A DNA stretch of 34,508 nucleotides from Octopus bimaculoides (taxonomy: Eukaryota), in the NCBI RefSeq assembly GCF_001194135.2, contig NC_068993.1:43980568-44015075 (forward strand), in the 5' to 3' direction. A program made the position numbers and the translations under genes. The notes beneath the pieces were generated by a model that had not been told where the DNA came from, searched no databases, and saw only the letters and a program-made list of their open reading frames with translations. Of the stretch, positions 1-9,399 are shown piece after piece. Each line of letters begins with the position of its first letter. Position 1 is the first letter of the stretch.

Positions 1-47
<47 letters not shown>

Positions 48-60
48 ATATATATATATG
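1..60. repeat. (TA)n microsatellite grading into (TATG)/(TG)
   Basis: Direct reading of the sequence. Confidence 0.95.
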
Positions 61-484
61 TATACTTATATGTACATATATGTGTGCTTATGTATATGAG
101 CGGGTGTGTCTGTACTTTTGTATGTGTGTATAGGACAGCTTTAGACGGATTGGGAACTATCCAGATGTTTACGGGAAAACTGATTGGTAGTTAGCACCTA
201 TAAATCATGGACACGTTAACAGATAACTAGCAGTTATGTTCTAGATGACACCTCATATTTTATATACGTACATCTACCTATATATCAATCCCTGTGCATA
301 TGTGTGGGTTTGGGCGTTCGCGCGCGCGTTATGTTTTCATTCAGTTCTATATGTATATGTTTCTTTGGTTTAATTTTTGTATACCTCGCCAATGGAGGAA
401 GAACCAATTTTCTAACAGGTCTTTCATCTGAATTTATGACAGCCTCAATAAGGTGGTCTTAGACGTATGCATGTGCGCGCGCGC

Positions 485-521
<37 letters not shown>

Positions 522-523
522 TA

Positions 524-756
524 TATTCTTTTATTCTTTCATTCTTTTGTTTCAGTCATTTGACTGCGGCCATGCTAGGGCACCGCCTTTAGTCGAATAA
601 ATTGACCGCATGGACTTATTCTTTGTAAGCCTAGTACTTATTCTATCGGTCGCTTTTGCCGAACCGCTAGTTTACGGGGACGTAAACACATCAACATAGG
701 TTGTCAAGTGACGGTGGAGGACAAACACAAATACACAAACATATACAAACACATAC

Positions 757-832
<76 letters not shown>

Positions 833-987
833 GACGGGCTTCTTTCAGTTTCAATCTACCAAATCCACTCACAAGGCTTTGGTCGGCTCGACGCTATAGT
901 AGAAGACACTTGCCCAAAGTGTCACGTAGTGAGACTGAACCCAGAACCATGTGATTGGCAAGCAAGCTACTTACCATAGTCACTCCT
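524..987 (-). mobile_element. tRNA-derived SINE (octopus-type, CORE-like) with internal microsatellite, near full length
   Basis: Minus strand reads a tRNA-like head (B-box-like GGGTTCAGTCTC), then GACACTTTGGGCAAGTGTCTT resembling the CORE domain, an internal (TA)n/(TG)n tract, and a 3' tail ending AAAGAATAAAAGAATA. Homologous along its length to 6454-6817 and 1069-1223. Confidence 0.85.
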
Positions 988-1068
988 ATATGTATGCATG
1001 TATGTATGTATGTATGTATGTGTATGTGTAAGCATGCATACGTATGTACTGCACATGCGTGTACACAT

Positions 1069-1222
1069 GTAGCTGTGTGATAGGAAGTTTGCTTCCCAAC
1101 CACATGGTTCTGGGTTCAGTCCCACTACGTGGCACCTTGGGCAAGTGTCTTCTACTATAGCCTCGGGCCGACCAAAGCCTTGTGAGCGGATCTGGTAGAC
1201 AGAAACTGAAAGAAGCCATTCG

Positions 1223-1254
<32 letters not shown>

Positions 1255-1256
1255 TA
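1069..1256 (+). mobile_element. tRNA-derived SINE, same family, 5' half; continues into (TA)n and an assembly gap
   Basis: About 90% identical by eye to the reverse complement of 831-987; B-box-like GGGTTCAGTCCC. Confidence 0.85.
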
Positions 1257-1861
1257 NNNNNNNNNNNNNNNNNNNNNNNNNNNNNNNNNNNNNNNNNNNN
1301 NNNNNNNNNNNNNNNNNNNNNNNNNNNNNNNNNNNNNNNNNNNNNNNNNNNNNNNNNNNNNNNNNNNNNNNNNNNNNNNNNNNNNNNNNNNNNNNNNNNN
1401 NNNNNNNNNNNNNNNNNNNNNNNNNNNNNNNNNNNNNNNNNNNNNNNNNNNNNNNNNNNNNNNNNNNNNNNNNNNNNNNNNNNNNNNNNNNNNNNNNNNN
1501 NNNNNNNNNNNNNNNNNNNNNNNNNNNNNNNNNNNNNNNNNNNNNNNNNNNNNNNNNNNNNNNNNNNNNNNNNNNNNNNNNNNNNNNNNNNNNNNNNNNN
1601 NNNNNNNNNNNNNNNNNNNNNNNNNNNNNNNNNNNNNNNNNNNNNNNNNNNNNNNNNNNNNNNNNNNNNNNNNNNNNNNNNNNNNNNNNNNNNNNNNNNN
1701 NNNNNNNNNNNNNNNNNNNNNNNNNNNNNNNNNNNNNNNNNNNNNNNNNNNNNNNNNNNNNNNNNNNNNNNNNNNNNNNNNNNNNNNNNNNNNNNNNNNN
1801 NNNNNNNNNNNNNNNNNNNNNNNNNNNNNNNNNNNNNNNNNNAGATAAACAAAGTACTTTT

Positions 1862-2527
1862 TCAATCTAAAATATGCTCTCTTTCATTTTCTACAATGCT
1901 CTTCCATCTAACTGGTAGACTTGCAAGGTCCCTCTTCCAAAATTCACTTGGCCGTGAAGAAAAATACTCCTTCAGGTCTGTTATGACCTCGTCTACAGAA
2001 TTCATATTTTTTCCGTCCAAATGATTTTGAAGATTGCGGAATAAATGATAATCAGATGGGGCAATGTCCAGCAAATATGGTGGGTGGGGCATCGTTTCCC
2101 ATTCAAACTGCTCCAGCCTTTGGAATGTCATCCTCGCTGTATGTGGCAGAGCATTATCCTGATGGAAGAACACCTTTCGTCTTGAAACCAAAGATGGTTG
2201 TTTTCCGCTGGCACGCAGGTATCGATGAATGGTCGAATTACCAAATTCAAGCTTCTGTGCTACTTCCTCAACAGTTACGATGAGGTTTTGTTCTATCAGG
2301 TTTTGCTGGACGTCCTCGTCAAGCTCTACAGATCTTTCAGGACGAGGCTCCTCTTCTAGGCTGTAGTTTCCGGCTCGGAATTTCTGGAACCACCATTGAC
2401 ACTGGCTTATGCTTATTGTTCGATCCCCATATATTGCATTAATATTCCTCGCACTTTCCGTTGCATTGTTGCCTTTATTGAACTCATAAAACAAAATATG
2501 CCGAATATGCTCTTTTGTGACTTCCAT
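1862..2527 (-). pseudogene. mariner (D,D34D) transposase, 221 aa, with an in-frame deletion of roughly 120 aa
   Basis: N-terminal HTH region (MEVTKEHIRHILFYEFNKGNNATE...), then HQDNALPH and HPPYLLDIAPSDYHLF with exactly 34 residues between the two Asp. The WVPHEL linker and first catalytic Asp are absent. Likely start is the ATG at 2527, not 2566. Confidence 0.9.
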
Positions 2528-2680
2528 TATAGCGTTGAAAAAATAATTGTTAAAATCGAACTGCACTCTCCAGAACTTTCACTAAGAATAAGTACAAAGT
2601 AAAATTACTACCTGGTTTTATAGCAAGTTGATGCAGGTAGTTTATCCTATCCCCCTCCGACTTTTAGTACATGCAATTGA

Positions 2681-2710
2681 AAAAACCGCATTATTTATGG
2701 GATGACCCTT
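2681..2710 (-). repeat. mariner 5' terminal inverted repeat
   Basis: Minus strand AAGGGTCATCCCATAAATAATGCGGTTTTT preceded by TA; ends like the Hsmar1-type TIR (...TAATTGCGGTTTT). Confidence 0.75.
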
Positions 2711-2780
2711 TATATATATATCAACATTATCAATAATAAGGATTACCTTTAATTCTTTTAATATATATACAGTTTTACAT

Positions 2781-2866
2781 AGACCAACACATGTTTCAAC
2801 TGCATCGATTAGTAACTATTAGAATTGCAATACTGCTATAATGCCGGTGCAGCTTCTTCAGGGTCT
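2781..2866 (-). ncRNA. Type I hammerhead ribozyme motif in Penelope terminal region
   Basis: Minus strand: AGACC (stem I) CUGAAGA AGCUGCA-[43 nt]-UGCAGUU (7-bp stem II) GAAA CAUGU GUU / GGUCU (stem I). Core intact, triplet GUU. Confidence 0.8.
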
Positions 2867-2905
2867 TTACTTAATATCCTTCGATTTGACTGTTTAAAGT
2901 TTTTC

Positions 2906-2995
2906 GTTTATCTCCTCTGCGTTTATCTACTCTGCGTTTATCTACTCTGCGTTTATCTACTCTGCGTTTATCTACTCTGCGTTTATCTACTATGC
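2906..2995 (+). repeat. 15-bp minisatellite (GTTTATCTACTCTGC) x6
   Basis: Six tandem units, first and last with one substitution each; explains the VYLLC repeats in ORF 2825..3016. Confidence 0.95.
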
Positions 2996-4034
2996 GATGT
3001 AGAATTGTCTGTTTAGTTAGACGCGAATAATCTCCATTTCAAGTTTTGATTGGATAATCACTTGTAGTCTATTATTTCAAAACATTCTGTTGTTTAAATG
3101 TTTATCATTCGTTTATGCTTGGCAAATGTGAATTTCCTCATGTGCAAGCATCATAAATATTGTTCCTGTCTAGAATTTATTACATTAGCCTTGGATGTGA
3201 AAGTCTGGTAAAATTCTTCTAAACACATGTCACATTTTTCGGTTCCTGGTCTGTATGGTTTTGCAGTACAAATTGATTCCCAATTGATAGTATAGTCTTT
3301 GTTTTTGTCCTTAACAGATCATATTAATATGCTAAGACTTGTTTGAAATCTTTTATTTTTTATCTCTAAACGAATTCAAATGATTTGCCAGTCTCCTCTT
3401 GAGAATTAATGATGTCCCATCAATGTAAAGGTATTCATTACCCTCAGATATAGCATTTATATATTACATTTTTAGTCTTACACTTATTTTCCACATACCA
3501 GGATTCTCGTTTAGAACAATTGCAAAGATTTAGTTTTAATTTTATCATTCATTGTAGAGTTAAATTTATTTCCACCAAGTTCTTTATTACTATTTACTAC
3601 TTTAGATAACGTTATCTATGTTTTAATTGTAGCTGAACTTTTATTCGATTTGATGTTATTAACTATATTAAATTAGGTTGTTTCCCTTTTCATCGACAAA
3701 TAAATTCTAAGCCTTCTCGTTTATTTGAGTTTTTTTTTATTATTCTGTTTGATGTTATTGTGCTTAATATTTACTATGCTACTCTGATTATAATCACTTT
3801 TTTGAAATTTCGATATTATTTTATGTGTTGCTATAATTTGAGTTATATTTTTGCTAAGACAATAAACCTTATGTCTATTAAAAATTTTATAACATTGATT
3901 GGAAAATATTTTTCAATTGTTATATTAAACAATTTGGAAAAAATATAATTTACCTGTTTACCAAATGTAGTTGTGTAAGGCCTTAACAATGCTAGAAATT
4001 ACAAAAGGAAAAATTAAAAAAACAGAACAAAGAA

Positions 4035-4628
4035 GCAGTTTTACCTTCTATTTCTATATTTCGGGGTGAAGACCCTTTCTTCAGGACATTCGGAAAAGCC
4101 ATAGTTGGAAAAGATTTTTGCTCAGATGTGTATGTGTGTGTGTGGGGGGGGGGCAGGTGAGGAAAGTGGAAGGTGACATATGCGGACTGGTGTTGCTATA
4201 GCAACCAATCTGCTTTGTGTAGTTCCTCCCTGTTGTTAACGGCTGGTCTCAATTTGTTTATAAGGACTTCCAGAATTCTGAGATTGCCCCTGTTGCGTTG
4301 GCTTGCCTTGATGGAAACTTTGAAATTCTGGGTTTGGCTCTTCCTAAGGTGTTTCTTTATCGAAGTGTCTGTCTGCATATTCTCCTTTATTCGGATGTGT
4401 AGTTTCATAGTAGTGCTCCTTATGTAGGAGGCTCCACATGTTTTGATGTCGTTGAAGTGGGAAGTTGGTGAGTGTGCACCCCACGGTGCTCTCTGTGGTA
4501 TTTTTTGTCGATAGAACTTTGCTCAGAGATAAGCCAGTGTGTACCAACTGTATATTAAGTCCCTTCCTGCGGATGGCATGTTGGATAGCTACCGTTGTTC
4601 GGTCGTCGAAGTAGAGCAATTTAAGGAA
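4035..4628 (-). mobile_element. Penelope-like retroelement 3' fragment (second family; GIY-YIG C-terminus plus terminal motif)
   Basis: Minus-strand ORFs LYFDDRTTVAIQHAIRRKGLNIQLVHTG... and KLHIRIKE...SIKKHL...NLRILEVLINKLRPAVNNREE (R.KEH, LRILE, K.P.LN pattern of GIY-YIG); ends in a CTGAAGA..GAAA motif typical of Penelope termini. Confidence 0.8.
4050..4089 (-). ncRNA. Minimal hammerhead ribozyme motif
   Basis: Minus strand: AUGUC CUGAAGA AAGGG-UCUUCA-CCCC GAAA U AUA / GAAAU. Stem I 4 of 5 paired, palindromic AUAU stem III, imperfect base of stem II. Confidence 0.55.
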
Positions 4629-4690
4629 GCACTTTTCTGATCTGATGTTATGATCTTATGCAGTTTACACCCTTTCGTGTTTCCTTAGAT

Positions 4691-4960
4691 TTCCTTCGAC
4701 TGCCCTACGTCGATGACAGAACAGTAGCAGCTTTCCTACATGCCATCCACAGGGAGAGACTTAACATACAGTTAGTATACACTGGCCCATCCCCGAGGAA
4801 AGTTCTGTCGAGGAAAAATACCACAGAAAGCACCGTGGGGTGCACTCTCTCTAAGTGCCCCATCAAAGACATCAAAACATGATCGAGGGCCTATGTAGTA
4901 TACGAATTAGTCTGCAATGAATGTGAAGCATCCTACATAGGGAATATTGGATTGTATTAA
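4691..4960 (+). mobile_element. Penelope-like fragment, inverted homologue of 4418-4628
   Basis: Translates FLRLPYVDDRTVAAFLHAIHRERLNIQLVYTG...CTLSKCPIKDIKT*SRAYVVYELVCNECEASYIG, containing the VVY...YIG GIY-YIG signature; about 80% identical by eye to the minus-strand copy. Confidence 0.85.
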
Positions 4961-5009
4961 ATTTCGTATGAAACAAGTAACTCTGTACGTTGTACATATA
5001 AGAATATAT

Positions 5010-5072
5010 GTATATGTGTACGAATGTATGTATGTATGCAATGTGTTTATGTATGCATGTATGTAATGGGTG

Positions 5073-5104
<32 letters not shown>

Positions 5105-5162
5105 TGTATGTATGTATGTATGTATGTATGTATGTATGTGTGTGCATGTGTATGTATGTATG
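5010..5162. repeat. (TATG)n microsatellite with degenerate flanks
   Basis: Direct reading. Confidence 0.95.
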
Positions 5163-6453
5163 CAAAGAAGATTCTTAACCACATAGCCATGCCTGCACCT
5201 ATATGTTCAACCTATAATATTTTTACCATGAAAGATACCTTTAAAAAAACAGCTTCAAAATTATATGCTTTTTTTCTTTTTATGTCATGCAGATTAATTG
5301 TTTGAAAACCATGCGATGTTTTACTGCAACTTTTAATGGAAATAGTATGCAGGTCTGAGATTTTATATTAGAAGTAATTTATGAGACTAATGCATTTGTA
5401 CAGAGTATTTTCAATGTAAATGGAACCTTACGGATTTGGTTCATAAAGAATTATTATCTGAAAAACAGGCGATTACTAGACTTTACTGTTTTAACATCAG
5501 TATATAATTTTGTGGAAGGAAAAACACAGGAAGATGTAACAAAATTTTTAGTGATGTAAAAAAAAGTTTCAGCTGGGAATCGAATTCCGATACAAGAAGT
5601 GATTAGCTTTTAAATTATTGTCCCAGCACTGCGACTGCATCTCTTAAACACATGATAATTTCCGTTATGAGTCACAAAGGAAATTGTTTTATAAAATATT
5701 GATGTAAGTGCATTGAGTCAGTGTCAGCGTGATACTGAAAGGTAAAAAACAGTCCCCAAAGTGACTTGAATTTTAAAATGTAAGGTGTCAAACTATATAC
5801 ATGTAAAAAATTTGTAAAATCGGTTCTCACCTACATTTGACATTACCACGGCTTTACACTTAGAAATGAAATACAGCTGCTTATGGTGAAATAATTTCGA
5901 CTTATAAATAAGATAAAATCGGACTTACAAATAAGATAGAATAAAATAAGTGAAAGACGAAGCAAAGAGAGGAAAAGAGAAAGACGTAAATAAAAGAAAG
6001 ATCGAATGCAGTGAGAATATATAGAAAAGAACGAAGCGAAGAAAACAAAATCGAGAGTCTAATAATTTTTACTTTAGAATTTGAAATCTTTCAAAATAAA
6101 GAGAGTAATGATGATAATATTCCGAACTTTATTGGCCACAAGGGACCATATATGCAGCACAGAATGTATCATACAGAAGGACNNNNNNNNNNNNNNNNNN
6201 NNNNNNNNNNNNNNNNNNNNNNNNNNNNNNNNNNNNNNNNNNNNNNNNNNNNNNNNNNNNNNNNNNNNNNNNNNNNNNNNNNNNNNNNNNNNNNNNNNNN
6301 NNNNNNNNNNNNNNNNNNNNNNNNNNNNNNNNNNNNNNNNNNNNNNNNNNNNNNNNNNNNNNNNNNNNNNNNNNNNNNNNNNNNNNNNNNNNNNNNNNNN
6401 NNNNNNNNNNNNNNNNNNNNNNNNNNNNNNNNNNNNNNAAACACATATATATA

Positions 6454-6812
6454 GGCGCAAGCGTGGCTGTGTGGTAAGAAGCTTGCTTTCCAGCTACGTG
6501 GTTCCGGGTTTAGTCCCACTATGTGGCACCTTTTGGCAAATGTCTTCTACTATAGACTCGGGCCGACTAAAACCGTGTGAGTGGATTTGGTAGACGGAAA
6601 CTGAAAGAAGCCCATCGTACATATATATCTATCTATACATATGTTTGGTGTGCTTACGTCCCCGTAACTTAGCGGTTCAGCAAAAGACACCGGTAGAATA
6701 AGTTCTAGTCTTACAAAGGATAAGTCCTGCGGTCCATGTCTTCGACTAAAACCTTTAAGGCGGTGCTCCAGCATGGCTGCAGTGAAATGACTAAAGCAAA
6801 TAAAAGAATAAA

Positions 6813-6817
<5 letters not shown>
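6454..6817 (+). mobile_element. tRNA-derived SINE, full-length copy with short internal (TA) tract
   Basis: Starts GGCGCAAGCGTGGCTGTGTGG (A-box-like), B-box-like GGGTTTAGTCCC, tail matches the 524-987 copy, followed by (TA)n. Confidence 0.88.
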
Positions 6818-6858
<41 letters not shown>

Positions 6859-7127
6859 AAAAGTCAGCGCACAATATGTTCCTGTTTGCTTGAGAGAGAA
6901 GTTAAAACCCTCCAAATCCCTCACTATATGTAAACATGCACGGGGAATATAGCAAATATGTTTCTCCGAAACAATTCTCCCACTTGTAAAATACAATAAG
7001 ATCATAGACATCCTAATATCAATTGATTTACACTTGCTCACTAACGTTCGTTTAGAAGTCGCGGGGCCTTCAGTTCATCAACGCGCACGGAGAGGTAAAT
7101 ACTTTTTGTGAAATAGTTTATGTAGTA

Positions 7128-7196
7128 AGCCTAGCTGATGAGCTTTAAGTGTTGGTTCGACACAAAAAGCGAAATCAATTTCTTGATTCGTGGGTT
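7128..7196 (+). ncRNA. Type I hammerhead ribozyme candidate (non-minimal)
   Basis: CUGAUGA 7135-7141; stem II GCUUU/AAAGC plus GUGUU/GACAC; GAAA 7171-7174; stem III UCAA/UUGA with UUUC loop; triplet AUU 7186-7188; stem I AGCCUAG with C[G]UGGGUU (7 bp, one bulge). Confidence 0.75.
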
Positions 7197-8002
7197 CGTC
7201 CATGTCTGCAGTTTTTCGGAACGTTTTTTGTGGACATTCTGAACAGTACTATCTGCTTCAAACGTATCTCTAAATTCAGTGATGCTAAGTCGCGTAGGTG
7301 GATTCCTCCTAAACTGGTCTTATTCACTCGACTGCGTTTTCATAGTTCCAATAGGACTTTTGGATAAATTTCGCTTGTTCAAAGCTCAGTTTAGTTCCCT
7401 TCGTTATTTCCGCTGGATTAAATCTAAACTCGAATAAAAATTAAGTGAGTATCAGCTGCTAAAATGTGTATCCATTGGGTTTTACCTCTTGGGCGAGTAT
7501 AATGCACAATATGTGGATTTATCTAATCCGGTGGTACTCACAAAAAAGCTCCTTTAATGGATCAAGCTACAAATTGCATAATAAATCAACTCACAGGGGT
7601 TTAATGTATAATCCTATACAGTTGGAATCCAGTAATTCCGATCAGTAATGATTATTTTATTAGGAATATATAGAAAATAAAGGAAGTCAGGAGGTATGAG
7701 ATGAATTTATTCATTTCACCAGTTGATATCCATAAGATTACAATCGTTTCCCAGTTAACATAACGGGAAAATATTTTATTTTAACGTATAATAAATTATT
7801 TTACGTCTGCAGTAGTGTATCTGTTATAAATTGCATAGTATTATACTACGTTTTATAAGCTAATACAGGTATAGAAAACTAGCTCATTTTTTTTTTATAT
7901 ATCTAGCTGTTTTATACTATTAATTATATGTTAAATTCAAATTACGATAAACGTAAACAAACAAACGAAGTTTGCTTTTAGAGGCGTTGAGATGTCTTAG
8001 AA

Positions 8003-8267
8003 AGTTAAAGTGATTTTAAATTCTCAATCGTAGGATAATGCTAATAATATAGCCTGAACAGGATAAACTACCCTTATTTTGCAGAAAAAAGTATGGGATA
8101 ATGCTAATAATATAGCCTGAACAGGATAAACTACCCCTATTTTGCAGAAAAAATGTAGGTGGTTAACTACCTACACTTTTTTCTGCAAAATAGGGATAGT
8201 TTATCCTGTTCAAGCTATATTATTAGCATTATCCTGCGATTGAGAATTTAAAATCACTTCTTTAACT
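8003..8267. repeat. Spacer-less palindrome with a 63-bp tandem duplication in the left arm
   Basis: Centre at 8164/8165 (TGTAGGTGGTT|AACTACCTACA); units starting 8033 and 8096 both match the reverse complement of 8176-8235. Confidence 0.92.
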
Positions 8268-8860
8268 ATTAATTATATATTTCTAACCACTATTGAGTTT
8301 GGTTTGTATCATTGTGCTTCCTATTTGATAAATATTCACTGTGCTTTGTTTTATATGGCTTAGTATCTTCCTATCTAGCATACTAATTTCTATTGTTCTT
8401 GCTCTGTCTTCTCTCATAATTTTCACTTTCATATTGTTTGTCGTTTTATTGATACTGCTTTCTATATTTCGTAAACACACTATCTGCAAACTCCTTTCTC
8501 ATCTCATTAAACTCTTTTCTTTTCAATCTCTATTATTAATACTTTTAGGTTATTAGCGATAAGCTGAGTCTGTCTCTATCATATTATATACAGTCTTCAT
8601 TTCCACCACCAATATCGTCATTTCCTTTCTAATATCTTACTAAATCTCCTTTCCTCCCTTCTACGGAAAACAATTTTATTAATTATTGTCTTTCATACAT
8701 TGATATTTGAAGGTGATTAGGTGTGGAAGAATCGACGTAACCATGATATTCTATAGAACTGATGAGCTAGCTTTCTATATTTGCATTATCTTGTAAGCTG
8801 TACAACAGAACTATGTAATTTATAACATTGTAAAATAATTTATTATGCAAAGCGATCGTA

Positions 8861-8938
8861 ATAAAATAAGTACCAGTTGAGCACTGAGGTCAACGTAATC
8901 GACTTCCCCACCTCCCCGAAATTATTGGCCTTGTGCCA
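8861..8938 (+). mobile_element. SINE 3' tail fragment (second family)
   Basis: ATAAAATAAGTACCAGTTGAGCACTG...CTTGTGCC shared with 26287-26368. Confidence 0.65.
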
Positions 8939-9149
8939 GTTAAATCTCGAACGTAGACAATCAAACATGTTCCTGTTTATCATCCTTCTTTATATTCTGT
9001 TTAAATCCTTTTTACCGAAACCGTCGTTGTTAAACAGTGCGTCTAATGTCTAGAATTTACGTCGGTGAATAAAGAAACCTTAGAAGGAATTTTAAAAAAA
9101 GGGCCAAAAAAAAAGGCCCCCCCCCGCATAACGACTACTACGAAGACAG

Positions 9150-9210
9150 CGACAACGACGATAATGACGAAACAACAACAACAACAACAACAACAAAATA
9201 GCAGTAGCAG
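9150..9210. repeat. (ACG)/(CAA)n/(GCA) trinucleotide tract
   Basis: Direct reading; source of the poly-Q in ORF 9065..10249. Confidence 0.85.
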
Positions 9211-9367
9211 CAATGAAACATTTATAACCTCAATGCTGATATTATATTTAACAGTAGTACAGGCAATTATTTACATGAAGCTACAGTTTGCATATAGCTC
9301 CAGTTTATATAGAGATAATAGAGATTTACATATCGTTACAGTTTATGTAGATTTTCATATAACTATA

Positions 9368-9399
<32 letters not shown>

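Larger units (their letters stand above)
1845..2710 (-). mobile_element. Internally deleted mariner DNA transposon
   Basis: Transposase ORF plus a terminal inverted repeat at 2681-2710 abutting TA dinucleotides. The other terminus is presumably in the 1257-1842 gap. Confidence 0.92.
2721..3995 (-). mobile_element. Degenerate Penelope-like retroelement 3' portion (GIY-YIG endonuclease plus terminal repeat region)
   Basis: Manual minus-strand translation across stops and frameshifts: IEKYFP..FNRHKV; LCNCSKRESWYVENKCKTKNVI; YLYIDGTS..LKRRLANHLNSF; QTSLS; KDKNKDYTINWESICTAKPYRPGTEKCDMCLEE..INSRQE..CLHMRKF. These match the Penelope EN layout (CNC..C..C, YIG, R..NH, KC.LC..E, C.H..KF). Downstream region carries a hammerhead motif. 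Confidence 0.8.

Noticed and set aside
2906-2995. CRISPR-like array
   Set aside because: Head-to-tail repeats without spacers in eukaryotic DNA.
5575-5640. Possible decayed tRNA-like SINE head on the minus strand
   Set aside because: Only loose A-box and B-box similarity; no body sequence to support it.
8283-8700. Minus-strand AT-rich ORF possibly from a LINE
   Set aside because: No diagnostic motif recognised.
8759-8860. CTGATGAGCT as a hammerhead core
   Set aside because: No GAAA closing a stem II and no stem I or III could be found.
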